A stretch of DNA of 64,000 nt from Candidatus Omnitrophota bacterium (GCA_016196545.1 JACPXM010000040.1:5263-69262), one strand, 5' to 3'. Positions 40,901 to 48,852 are shown, numbered from the stretch's first letter. A program made the numbers and translations. The notes: generated from the sequence alone by a model not told the origin.

Positions 40901-43695
40901 GCGTCCGTCGCCAGCCGTATTTCGGAGCGCATATTTGGCGGCAAAGCATTATGATTGTGATAGATTGATGCTTCGAACCGTGGAATCGGGTTTGGACCGA
41001 CTTCATTTTTTCGCTCGCGATTTTGATCTTCCATCCATTTTTTGACGATGGAAAAATCCACGAGATATCCAATTTCAGTTAAAAAATGGGCCACATGGGC
41101 GGAAGAGTTAATATGGAAAGGGTTATCTGAGTCGTCTGTATTCGACCATTGGGTCAGCTGTTCGAATAATTGAAGGTCATCTTTAATATTAAATTGACCT
41201 TTAGAAAACTGGTCAAGGAATGCTTTAACATGGGGATCTTGATTTTTATTTTCTTTTTTCATTTTTTGGCGATAGCCAAGGAGTTGTGTTAATAGAACTG
41301 TCGATCCCTGCTTGGGAGCTTGCAGCGCCCATTCAGAAAGTAAGCGCATCTTCCATTCAGAAAGTGAATCATCAAAATGCATTTCGTCTCGACTTAAATT
41401 GTCGATACGGACTCTGAGATAATTTACATCGATTTTTTTATCGATATTATTAATGCGATACGCCTCAGCCAGTTCGTTATCAGCCGCTATTTCGGCGAGG
41501 TTACCCTTATGTTTTTTCAACGAATTAAGTAACAAACTCTCCTCATTTTCAAATAGCGGCCCAAAAAACTGTTCAGGATCACGGTAGAATTCAGAATGGC
41601 GTTTACTTCGCCGCGCGGAAGGGGAACGACCCCCCTTGCCATTTGGACGGAATTTTCCGTTTTCGTTCAGTGCGCCACTCAAGAACTTTTTTTTGAGAGC
41701 TTGAGCCAAAAATTTAGCCGGCGTTTGGTAATTAGAGAAATCATCTGAAAAACGCCCGCTATCGGGCGGAGTTTCGTAAAGCGATGTCGCAATCTTTTCT
41801 ACCAGCCATCTCTGCTCACGTTTTTCGCGTCTGGCTTCTTCCACCAGCTTTGCCCACCGATTGTAGAGCTTATCATCGAACCTCTCATGAATTTCCCACA
41901 TTTCAAAGAAATTCCGCGCTTCGCCATTGGTGCGAATCATTTCTGTTACGGCATTCTGAACACTCGCAGCATCAATCTTGAGCTTCTTACTGCGGAGTTC
42001 GGACCGCACGGGGACTGTTAAGCCGGGGCGTAAAGGATTCGCTGCGTAAAATTGAACGGTGTGAGCAGGCTGAGTGAGACGGATGAGATTTTCGGACGTG
42101 AGCTGATTTTTTTCTTTGAGGCCGCGAAGGCCTTGGATAAACTCCTCCACTTTTTCGATCCATTCTTGTCGGAACGATTCGCGTTGTTTTTTATCAAAAG
42201 ATTCGAGTAAAGCTCGATCAAGGAATCTCGTATATTCCCCCGCTTTGGCCAATTTCCCCTGCTGAGCCAGTTCTTTGATGATCTGATTTCGCCAGCGCTT
42301 CAAGAAAGTAGGGGCAGGCCCCTGTGCCTGCCCGGTTTTTAGTAAACGATCCACCGTGGCGCGGGCAAAGGATTCGTATAAATTCAGTCGGCCGCTTTTT
42401 ACAATAAAATAATCTTTCCACGAAACCTCACCGCGCATAAAGGCTTCGTAATCTTTTGTTTCCGAATTTTTAATCGCCGGCGAAATAATCGCGTAAGAAA
42501 TCCCCTTCTTTTTCAAACGCTCCGCCAGGCCGTCGGTATGAAAACCTCCCGCAACAAGAATTGCCGTATTTGTTTTTCGTAAACTCATTCGCTTTGTAAG
42601 GTTTTCAAAAAACGCCCCTTCGCGCACCTCGGCATTGCGGTAAAAATCAAAATGAGAAGTCCACAAATTGTCGTCCGGGCCTGCCTTGACCTCTTCCCAT
42701 TCCTCACGGCTCAATTTCAACTGCGCCAATTTTTTTAGAAGAGCGAGCTCGCGGCTTTGGATATCGAGTTCCCGTTCTTTATCGCTTCGGAAAAGAGCCT
42801 TTTTGGTTTGGCGGACATACTCGTCCCATTCTTTGAAAAAGGATTCCCCCGTTGCTTTCTCAAGAATGTCGGAGGCTTGATTTTTGCCGCCTTCTTCTTG
42901 CTTTTTGATTTCTATCGCAAACGCGCTAAGGTGCCGAAAAGGGCGGGCGGATTCGGGACGGGATAAAGGAATCGGAGAAAGCGCGGAAATTTTTTCAAAT
43001 GCAGCGGGAAAATTTGAGAAATCGGCTCCCTCGAGAGAGCGAAGCAAGTGGTCCAATTCCAATAACGCGGCGGAATAATGCCTGGCCTTTTCTTGATTCA
43101 GCTTTGATTCCGATTGCTTCAATTTGCGAAGAATTTGCTCTCGGCCCTCCCGCGCCTCAAGGAATAGCGCAATGCCCTCTTCGTACAACGCCTTATTTTC
43201 AACCCCATAGTAAAGGCCTCTCTTGCGATTGAGCACGGCAGCCGCAGAAACGCCGGAGAGCTCACCGCGGTCAAGATAATCGTGAAAGACTTCCTTTAAT
43301 AAGCCCTCGTCAGGGAGGGTGCGGAACAATGTAGGATCGAGCTGGCCGGAGGTTCCTTCCAGGGCAATGAGTTTCACGCCTTGATTTTGGAAATAATCGA
43401 TCAATTTGCGTATCGCATGCTGGGCATCCGGCAGGGCGTGCGCATCCTGGATTAAAAGAAGGGTGCGTTCATCCTTGCCTTGATAGATGGATTCGATGGC
43501 GCCAATTTCAGCGGGCAACTTCGATAGGCGAAGCGCTGCTGAAAGTTCAGGTTCGGCCTCAGAAACGGAAAGCGCAAAAAGGCGCGGGTCGGGAAAAAGT
43601 GAGGAAAATGAAAATATCAAAAGGACAAAAGAAGTGAGCAGCCGTCGGAAATCGCAATATGAGGCTTGGGGGGTAGCGTCGAATTGCATCATCAC
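34921..43695 (-). CDS. giant multidomain fusion protein (2924 aa): Tiki/TraB-like N-domain, PlsC-type acyltransferase, GT-B alpha-glucan phosphorylase/synthase-like domain, several unassigned modules
   Basis: Uninterrupted ORF with an N-terminal hydrophobic anchor. aa ~70-410: LLLIQDAHALPDAQ...ILVAGGFHTDGL. aa ~960-1185: H(x)4D acyltransferase motif MSTHFSLLDG. aa ~1445-2000: YYVSPETQNAAGGLGRVG, WMTTHTYRNRGF, SNGVAAVHVHEVS, ITNGDD, RGTEAAGFTETDVAVNGG. These resemble GT35/GT5 motifs but lack the PLP lysine. Confidence 0.85.
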   Translation of the reverse strand: MMMQFDATPQASYCDFRRLLTSFVLLIFSFSSLFPDPRLFALSVSEAEPELSAALRLSKLPAEIGAIESIYQGKDERTLLLIQDAHALPDAQHAIRKLIDYFQNQGVKLIALEGTSGQLDPTLFRTLPDEGLLKEVFHDYLDRGELSGVSAAAVLNRKRGLYYGVENKALYEEGIALFLEAREGREQILRKLKQSESKLNQEKARHYSAALLELDHLLRSLEGADFSNFPAAFEKISALSPIPLSRPESARPFRHLSAFAIEIKKQEEGGKNQASDILEKATGESFFKEWDEYVRQTKKALFRSDKERELDIQSRELALLKKLAQLKLSREEWEEVKAGPDDNLWTSHFDFYRNAEVREGAFFENLTKRMSLRKTNTAILVAGGFHTDGLAERLKKKGISYAIISPAIKNSETKDYEAFMRGEVSWKDYFIVKSGRLNLYESFARATVDRLLKTGQAQGPAPTFLKRWRNQIIKELAQQGKLAKAGEYTRFLDRALLESFDKKQRESFRQEWIEKVEEFIQGLRGLKEKNQLTSENLIRLTQPAHTVQFYAANPLRPGLTVPVRSELRSKKLKIDAASVQNAVTEMIRTNGEARNFFEMWEIHERFDDKLYNRWAKLVEEARREKREQRWLVEKIATSLYETPPDSGRFSDDFSNYQTPAKFLAQALKKKFLSGALNENGKFRPNGKGGRSPSARRSKRHSEFYRDPEQFFGPLFENEESLLLNSLKKHKGNLAEIAADNELAEAYRINNIDKKIDVNYLRVRIDNLSRDEMHFDDSLSEWKMRLLSEWALQAPKQGSTVLLTQLLGYRQKMKKENKNQDPHVKAFLDQFSKGQFNIKDDLQLFEQLTQWSNTDDSDNPFHINSSAHVAHFLTEIGYLVDFSIVKKWMEDQNRERKNEVGPNPIPRFEASIYHNHNALPPNMRSEIRLATDAQSIASDFALEGEEKEEPVSAQPLHPPVSWKLRLLKPFLIGFYKLFIRPLIAIHVEGLENLPKKNFILMSTHFSLLDGLILSFEIYLRTGRLVLMMANPKDLGVFQNFLLYLGLAIKIEGKKEGMTEEEKKARLARIVEGLRSHVLEVWSVGGFPSQEIKLRAENALDGPRNKQTGEVEPWRDTLARVAVQVNEGVFREENLIQVVPVVLWGNIIYGGNRKWPRFRRMLLRWISSRGRMQPFEFHMKVLPPINPKSQTSAEIMDQVKAIIKPELIGKSINGSDPYSGSKPDSKSEPIARSEVRNTADAIIKEQETLLMGVGEREPDWHRTNVVGHAFLDILRPGPIKKEEILAPVVKKLEGQNLNGQTHRMDYLLSRLVKEGLLSQSEKGYELAVQPEVFAIKTNHIRYILRDLEAALEAVENKVEHAKLQLEILLKQYAKATQRWPLYEGEARWPVLKAVRLLKQEKIKALLEFLEKRDGDLIDLPLIDSILLMSKSEVPQNWLRRFANNLRNRMIYYVSPETQNAAGGLGRVGQYHTTAAKLLMASEARLATIEPWYPFRFDKDNKLIRDVDYRKLPTPIENLSRTPLYEFEMETNKGGQRKIVIAQVFKGSKNGVDVYLIKDKPSRDGEDEYFTKLLYKYGPDFGSATWEEFTEFFSAASLKLIESLEEDSFNKNPEGYKSPVIWGNDGQLGPLPLMKRIHEHNARQAKERYALENALVWMTTHTYRNRGFKGWEFPHFMNIPKEWWTYFKHRDSNTYDSTSAGVRAADGSNGVAAVHVHEVSIYDPIRPLAITNGDDLSASSTIYRSIFDSQEFQKQFPGADSQNPTPEQNLEAKKRAKEFLRDNVQVAALDPAIKKLDPHKIVFSYSGRLVEEKVGRDRSLSDNNIRGLVHAGAQVVIFGNVQSGPESAETYRRLRILQTEVNQYGSGLLVVATGWGIPEQRYLLPATDAQINDSLRERYNNRGTEAAGFTETDVAVNGGIEIAPPYIEGIYQQQGEILDWNIPGSGNTTIPEDESEVAWLRVLLKVLREFNRDRFQFAAYQVTSVRLSGILNARLPAAEYLRQFNNAIERKEHPIQTVRQFAEGKRVGAFFNSEWLRKDLIYSLEAENEEETFYDFDGPKENREDKTPFIRVFGSENFTGHPGLLAIESGIRQDDSQATRWIQNSKVIKKLLSGLNLKKEDQVLIKDAITGAVYGSYTQDYLLKSGLVLIIPSMGIQILNFIPEPKSESENTVEVNRRSIFWWDNATPALMGAVLSLIPQGLLRELEKKGYAQKDLVVWTPHEGLEPKAQKKWDEKGYYLVVNKGDGRLSLTLSRTFKGISDPNSRSNTAFTGESFAHIDLTADRDRLEIGYGKIQPYEDFSSEVPANIFREDKVFYGWFKKNLLPFAKKLGFEHIQIRQIVLSRGTLQELGFVEQSVEAELNHKPVWVYTIPVEKTPTRKTIPARRIQKVKIGPPANLTKIQGILSEVIYRFNFLGVDFYLANPARARDKMPTVYDPNRLQTQSDLTHFLSRFGGNSPTLLMAEGDSVTGETLSKSISVIERILALAFTPEKLDDFTLSFYHDAFAQEADLFTAFDRTQMWAELKLDIPSATFQSPSPQILKKLQDFYNDFGDQVLILLENKTQGRQFVLHPDLLQNASDFRFARVNPGDHLVLIFKAPSKEFVLQTMANQFVSELQSAAVVPSLTGDKKSASRSELRAPGLLLYLAHNMPLPPVVAGEAVVAFNALPLPQWDQILTDIRVEAGRRKYLEVFAAGQTFGSSAHFFIGSDDEDEKLRAFSQQSIAGLEKFVRNHFLKTNAERLHFAFAIPFSPNPVIQEWVLEFLKKIQDLSKSYKITADIRIFATSEQLAENPAFFEKLPAGHAKAISLENAKQAIRELNTFLAQNPNALAYGLPSELQRNVLKGRSVQLEEGLLWEQAFAVSTLLHFKTAEALDITAELIKQILSLAALDGVIGYNAESRSWIIHDKAREILLQAAMAQLLESAA

Positions 43696-43707
43696 GAATT
43701 GTGCTAA

Positions 43708-43736
43708 ATATTACCTTACATTGGGAGAAGTTGCAA
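43708..43736 (-). promoter_or_regulatory. putative sigma70-type promoter of the giant gene
   Basis: On the minus strand, TTGCAA (43736-43731), 17 nt, then TAATAT (43713-43708). The ATG at 43695 is only about 12 nt downstream with no SD, so the leader is short or absent. Confidence 0.4.
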
Positions 43737-43813
43737 ACAAGATGTTTTTAAAATCGAGGATTTAATCGCAATCGTTCTAATTTGATAGAAAAAGCGAGTC
43801 GCTTCGCCATTTT

Positions 43814-45034
43814 TTATAAATGAATGACATCGCCTTCATGAAAAAGTGAAAGGAACAGGAGAAGGTAATCCCTGAGATGGCGCGTCAGGAGGAAATTTTG
43901 GCGGATGTGCTCCCGGCCGTTTTCACCCAATTTTTTTCCGTAGTCGGGGTTCTGAAGAAGCTGCTTAATGGCGTGTGCCGCGCCTTCAATGCTATGACAG
44001 AGAAGACCAGAATATTTGTGCGTGATCTGAAGCGTAATGCCCCCGACCGCAGAAGCTACGGTGGGCCTCCCCTTCCAGAGGGCCTCGGAGACGGTCAAAC
44101 CAAAACCTTCTTTAATGGATTTCTGGACAACGACGCTCGAGGCCCGCTGAAGGGCATTGATTTCGATATCGCTGCCGGAAGGAATCGCCAAGACATGAAT
44201 ATCGGGATTTGCCGACGCGCGATCCCTCACTTTCATCAGCACTTCCGTAGATTCCGGGTCATCCGTGGCCTCACCCCCCGCTAAGACCAGTTGACAATCG
44301 ACGCGGCGCTGCACCATCTCGAAAGCATCGATTACGCCCAGAGGGTCCTTGAGATAATCGAATCTTGAAATTTGCGTCACCATGGGTTTTTCGGGATCCA
44401 GCCCGAACCGGTTGAGCACCTCTCCAATGACGGACTCAGACAATTCTTTATTTTTGTCGCTCAGTGGATCAATAGAGGGCGGGATGAGAAATTGACGGAT
44501 GGGCAGCTCCTGACTGAAAGCGGGCGCGGAAAAAACCGAGCCATCGTAGCGATCGATAAAGGGCCGGAGAAAACTCCATACTTTTTGATCGGGGTTGGAG
44601 ACATCGATATGACAGCGCCAAAGCCATTTGGCCTTTTTTTGTTCTTTTTCTTGGATGAGCGTGATGGGTTGCGGGTCATGGACGAAAATCACATCCCCTC
44701 CAAGCTCCATGGTCCGGCGATTAGCCTCTCCGGTCTCCAGAAAGGCCGTGAAATCATCAGGCTGAATGTCTTCATTTTTTCCATGCAGGGCATTGTGAAA
44801 TTTTTTAGTAACTTTGAAAAACCTCTCCCCTCCCTTAATCACATCCCAACGAGCATTGACACCGAGCTCTTGAAGGAGCGGCACCATCCGGTTCAGGATT
44901 TCCGCTACCCCCCCACCCACGGCCGTGGAATTAATATTTTGAACCTGAAGGCCTTGGGTTTTCTCCGCGATAAAACGCAGTTCTTCGATCACTTGGGGGC
45001 CGGCAACCGGCTCATAATCTTTAAGGCCTGCCAT
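43814..45034 (-). CDS. treT: trehalose glycosyltransferring synthase (TreT-type GT4 glycosyltransferase)
   Basis: 406 aa. Resembles Thermococcus-type TreT as I recall it: NSTAVGGGVAEILNRMVPLL, FFKVTKKFHNALHG, VHDPQP, WLWRCHID, IPPSIDPLSDKN, ISRFD..KDP, KEGFGLTVSEALWKG. Confidence 0.8.
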   Translation of the reverse strand: MAGLKDYEPVAGPQVIEELRFIAEKTQGLQVQNINSTAVGGGVAEILNRMVPLLQELGVNARWDVIKGGERFFKVTKKFHNALHGKNEDIQPDDFTAFLETGEANRRTMELGGDVIFVHDPQPITLIQEKEQKKAKWLWRCHIDVSNPDQKVWSFLRPFIDRYDGSVFSAPAFSQELPIRQFLIPPSIDPLSDKNKELSESVIGEVLNRFGLDPEKPMVTQISRFDYLKDPLGVIDAFEMVQRRVDCQLVLAGGEATDDPESTEVLMKVRDRASANPDIHVLAIPSGSDIEINALQRASSVVVQKSIKEGFGLTVSEALWKGRPTVASAVGGITLQITHKYSGLLCHSIEGAAHAIKQLLQNPDYGKKLGENGREHIRQNFLLTRHLRDYLLLFLSLFHEGDVIHL

Positions 45035-45036
45035 GT

Positions 45037-45777
45037 TTAGGACTCCCTTTTTTCCGAGGGCAAAACCCCGGTTGTGGATTCCGATTTCGCGATTTTGCTC
45101 AACCGATCTTCGATGAAACGAATGAGTTTTTCCCTGAGCCTTTCCATCGTATGGGTGTAAGGATCCAGTTTCAGCATCTTGCGCGCAAGCTCATTTTCTC
45201 CGATCAATTCAAACCAGCTCGTAAAATCATTGGAACTACTTTCCAGCCTGAGCCGGGCCTCAAAGATATGAAAATATAAGGAGTGAATGGAAATTTTTTT
45301 CAGGGCATTCCTAAATTCTTCCAACGTCGAAGCCGCATAAGGGGTCGGAAAAACAAAACTGACGGATTTCATCAAATGAAATTCCTCGCCTTCGTTGGCC
45401 TCTTTCAGGGATCCCTTCGAGCTCGATAAATAATTCTCAATAATTCCTGCAATTTGATCCCGGATGGCACGAATGGAGGAAAAATCGCAAATATTAATGC
45501 TGGCGAGCCGCTCGCCCAATTTCGTCTCATTGAGGGCCTCCGTCACCCAGTAGGCAAAATCGTTCGGAGGCTCTGGGCTTAAAAACTGGTGCTGCTGCAG
45601 AAAATGATGGGTATGATGATAAATGACGGAGCCGGGAACGGTCTTGACGTGATAGAGAAGTTCTTTGATATTTTTTGCCTTGAGTCCCGTCAGTTCGCGC
45701 AAATGCACTTGCGTTCGGAATCTGAAAGGTTCAGGCGCTTTGGGCTGCTTTGTCTCGTGCTCCATATTTTCTCGCAA
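45037..45777 (-). CDS. hypothetical protein (246 aa) between otsB and treT
   Basis: ORF tightly packed with both neighbours. The conserved-looking core is PGSVIYHHTHHFLQQHQFLSPEPPNDFAYWV. No function recognised. Confidence 0.55.
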   Translation of the reverse strand: MRENMEHETKQPKAPEPFRFRTQVHLRELTGLKAKNIKELLYHVKTVPGSVIYHHTHHFLQQHQFLSPEPPNDFAYWVTEALNETKLGERLASINICDFSSIRAIRDQIAGIIENYLSSSKGSLKEANEGEEFHLMKSVSFVFPTPYAASTLEEFRNALKKISIHSLYFHIFEARLRLESSSNDFTSWFELIGENELARKMLKLDPYTHTMERLREKLIRFIEDRLSKIAKSESTTGVLPSEKRES

Positions 45778-46573
45778 TCTTCATTTGATAAATCCGTTTC
45801 AAAAATTCTAAGACTTCACCGGCGGATTCAAGATAATAGGGCGCCTCCGTGGCTTCGCGGGAATCCTGGGTGACTTTAACGGCGAGGCCTTTGCCTTTTA
45901 AGACTCGAAAGGCATCCTCATCCGTAAGGTCATCGCCCACATAAACCGGCCACACCCGTCCCCGTGCGCGGGTCAGCACTCGCGCAAAAAGCCAGAGCAC
46001 GGTTTTTCCCTTGTCCCATTCCACCGCGGGGCGTAATTCCCAAACCATTTTTCCTTCCTTAAATACAATTTGCGACTTGCCAAGCAAATGGCCGATTTCT
46101 TTGAAAAGAAGGCGTTTGGCAAAATCAATTTTATTGGGATCCAGTTGACGGTAATGAACGCTCAGGGTAAAAATTTTGTTCTCAACGATGATTCCGGGTA
46201 AGGGCCCGAAGGCCTTTTTAAGCCGCATTGCAATTTTGTGAAGAAGCAATTTCGATTCCTGTGCCGAAGGGTGCACATGACGAATTTTAGGGCCGTGAAG
46301 TTCGAGGCCGTGATTGCCTACGTACGTGAGCCCGGGAATACGAATAAGTTTTTCCAAATTACTCAATGACCGCCCGCTGATGATAGCAATTTGAACATCT
46401 TCCTGACGGGCCAAGGCCCTCAAAATATTTCTGACCTCCGAATGGAGCTTGGCCATTTCGGGTCGTTCCTTAATGGGAGTCAGAGTCCCGTCATAATCCA
46501 AAAAAAGCAGGATATCACGATCTCTTAAATCCGGCCTCACTTCATCCCATTCGTCAAAAAGATGCTGTGGCAT
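45731..46573 (-). CDS. otsB: trehalose-6-phosphate phosphatase (HAD family)
   Basis: HAD motif I LFLDYDGTLTPI, plus motifs GNHG and VYVGDDLTDEDAF. Confidence 0.8.
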   Translation of the reverse strand: MPQHLFDEWDEVRPDLRDRDILLFLDYDGTLTPIKERPEMAKLHSEVRNILRALARQEDVQIAIISGRSLSNLEKLIRIPGLTYVGNHGLELHGPKIRHVHPSAQESKLLLHKIAMRLKKAFGPLPGIIVENKIFTLSVHYRQLDPNKIDFAKRLLFKEIGHLLGKSQIVFKEGKMVWELRPAVEWDKGKTVLWLFARVLTRARGRVWPVYVGDDLTDEDAFRVLKGKGLAVKVTQDSREATEAPYYLESAGEVLEFLKRIYQMKIARKYGARDKAAQSA

Positions 46574-46755
46574 CGGGCCCCCAAAATCGATTGAACGCGA
46601 GACATTATATCAAGGAGTGGGCCTATCTGTCTAATTGCAACCCCACCCACGGATGCCTACCAGTTCATGCAATTGTCATTCCCCCGACTACCATCCCCCC
46701 ATCCGGTGTGAAAAGCATTTACACACCGGGTGTGATGGGAGTAATGAGGGCGGGA

Positions 46756-47475
46756 TTAAACAGGCAGAAACGAGGGATAAGTAATGAAAAGGGCCGAGCA
46801 GCCTTTCATTAAATCGGGATTGTAGAGTTCGTAGGAGGCCCTTCCGGAAAAGGCGAAACAATCGCCGGCCTTCAAGAGGAATTCTTTTCCCTCGCGGTTT
46901 AAGAGAATTTTTCCGTCGAGGGCATGCAGATAAATTTGCTCCGGATGCGGCAGCCGCTCGGTCGCAACGGCCTTGTGCGCCTCAATTTCAATTTTTCCGA
47001 AGAAAAAATCCCGGCGCTTCGGAATATGAGAAACAATGCGAAAACCCTCGCCCGGAAAATCGAGGCTGAATTCCACGCGCGTGGTATCGCTTCGACAACT
47101 TAAAGACTCGCCCATCGATTCGGCCTTTATCAGGAGAGTTTTTATGTCCATTCCAAGTGCGGCCGCTATCCCCTCCAGTTTATCCATGGAAATCGTTTTC
47201 ATGATGCCGCATTCCAGACGCGCGATGGTCGTACGATCCACTCCGGCCTTGCCCGCGAGTTCTTGCTGGCTGAGGCCCAATTGCTTTCGGAAATGGCGAA
47301 TCACGTTCCCCAGTGAATGCCCGTCCTCGGGCCGCTGAATCGCGGGAACACTTATGCTGAGAAACCCCGCATGCTCAAAGCGGGGCTGTGATTTCTCTGC
47401 CGCAGAGGCCGCTTCCTCGGGACCGTGAGATCCGTAACGCGCCTTCGGATTCTCCGACACCATCGGGGGTTTCAT
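46756..47475 (-). CDS. XRE-family HTH + cupin-domain transcriptional regulator (paralogue of 33374..33955)
   Basis: The HTH is IRHFRKQLGLSQQELAGKAGVDRTTIARLECG. The C-terminal region is a cupin. It overlaps the upstream response regulator by 4 nt. Confidence 0.75.
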   Translation of the reverse strand: MKPPMVSENPKARYGSHGPEEAASAAEKSQPRFEHAGFLSISVPAIQRPEDGHSLGNVIRHFRKQLGLSQQELAGKAGVDRTTIARLECGIMKTISMDKLEGIAAALGMDIKTLLIKAESMGESLSCRSDTTRVEFSLDFPGEGFRIVSHIPKRRDFFFGKIEIEAHKAVATERLPHPEQIYLHALDGKILLNREGKEFLLKAGDCFAFSGRASYELYNPDLMKGCSALFITYPSFLPV

Positions 47476-47894
47476 GACCTTGGCTCCCCGGAGGGATTGG
47501 CGACTCGAAGATGCTTTTTAATCAAGGTGATTAATTTTTCATTATCAAAGGGCTTCATTAAGAATTCCGCAACCCCGATTTTTTGAGCCTCTTCTCTCAC
47601 TTCCCGGATGTCATAGGCGGTCAGAATGATTTCGGGGACCTGCGGCCGCTCAAACCCGCTTTGAAGTTCGCGGAGCGCTTTAAGCGCTTCAAGCCCGTTC
47701 ATTCCCGGCATGCGGATATCGGCGATAATCAAATCAAAGGATTCGTGAACTCCAAGATCAAGCGCCGCAAGGCCAATCGGCGCGACAAGAACTTCAAAAC
47801 CTTCTTTCTCTAAAAGGTTTTTGAGGGATTGGCTCACCAGGGGGTCATCCTCGATTACAAGAATACGCTGGGAATGCACGTCTTTATCCGCCAT
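47472..47894 (-). CDS. single-domain response regulator (CheY-like receiver)
   Basis: RILVIEDDP...DLIIADIRMPGMNG...KP receiver motifs. ATG 47894 is preceded by GGGAGG. The track start at 47969 is probably too long. Confidence 0.8.
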   Translation of the reverse strand: MADKDVHSQRILVIEDDPLVSQSLKNLLEKEGFEVLVAPIGLAALDLGVHESFDLIIADIRMPGMNGLEALKALRELQSGFERPQVPEIILTAYDIREVREEAQKIGVAEFLMKPFDNEKLITLIKKHLRVANPSGEPRS

Positions 47895-47975
47895 GACAGG
47901 GTTCCTCCCATTCGGAATTGGAATTTCCTTTTGTAACATTTTTCGATAAAAAGTCAATGACTTTATCATGATTTA

Positions 47976-48734
47976 TCACGCCTTCCTCACGGGAAATTTA
48001 AGTAAAAAAGTGGTGCCCCAGCCGGGAAAACTGAAAACGGAGATGTCACCTCCGTGCTTACGGAGGAGCCCCTCGGCAAGATAAAGCCCCAGTCCGTTTC
48101 CTTCTTGAGGATGCTTCGTGGAAAAAAAGGGCCGGAAAATCTTGGGCATATTTTGCGCCGCAATGCCGGGACCGGTGTCAGAGATTTGAATTAAGGCAAT
48201 TTCCTCCCCGAGGTGAACTCCCAGGCTGGCGCGCAAAATCAATTTTTGCTCTGAATTTTCCTTCCGAATTCCGAACCCGCGCTCGATCCCCGGTTCCCTA
48301 TTGTTCATCGCCTGCACGGCGTTTTTGGTGATATGAAATAGAATTTCGACAAGTTCATTCCCCGGAATCGGAAGTGCGGGAAAATGATCGGGGATTCTTT
48401 CCATGATTTCAATGCGAATGAGAGATAGTTTCTGATTGAGCGTCTTCAGGGTTTCCTGCCAGGCATCCTTAAGATCCGACGTCCTTTGCTCTCGCCCCTT
48501 TTCTTGAATCCTCACCTCTTCATTTTCCCTCGACCTCATCATTTCCCTCAACCGGCGGGTGATTTCAAGCGCACGGGAGGATTGCCCAAGCACCTTTCGA
48601 AGAATGGTTTCGGCATGGAAAATCCTGTCGGAGGATTCGCTGAATCTTCCTTCGTCGGCCCGCAATAAATGGGCCTCGCTGAGTCCTTTAATCGAATAGA
48701 GGAGGCTTACAATATTATGGTCGAGCTCACTCAT
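47976..48734 (-). CDS. soluble histidine kinase (HATPase_c) without recognisable sensor domain
   Basis: N, G1 and G2 boxes: HITKNAVQAM, ISDTGPGI, GNGLGLYL. Confidence 0.7.
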   Translation of the reverse strand: MSELDHNIVSLLYSIKGLSEAHLLRADEGRFSESSDRIFHAETILRKVLGQSSRALEITRRLREMMRSRENEEVRIQEKGREQRTSDLKDAWQETLKTLNQKLSLIRIEIMERIPDHFPALPIPGNELVEILFHITKNAVQAMNNREPGIERGFGIRKENSEQKLILRASLGVHLGEEIALIQISDTGPGIAAQNMPKIFRPFFSTKHPQEGNGLGLYLAEGLLRKHGGDISVFSFPGWGTTFLLKFPVRKA

Positions 48735-48852
48735 AGCATCCCTCGCTTAAAAGCAATTTTTCAGGCCCTTTTTGCGCTATTGAAAGGCGTGTGTTACACT
48801 TTTTTAAAAGAGAAAATAAGCCGACTTTTTGAGCAAAACCGAAAGAAAACGC

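Noticed and set aside
46703-46729. Hairpin CCGGTGTG-N11-CACACCGG downstream of the XRE-cupin gene, considered as an intrinsic terminator separating it from otsB.
   Set aside because: The stem is only 8 bp and no U-tract follows on the minus strand. I cannot support a terminator call from sequence alone.
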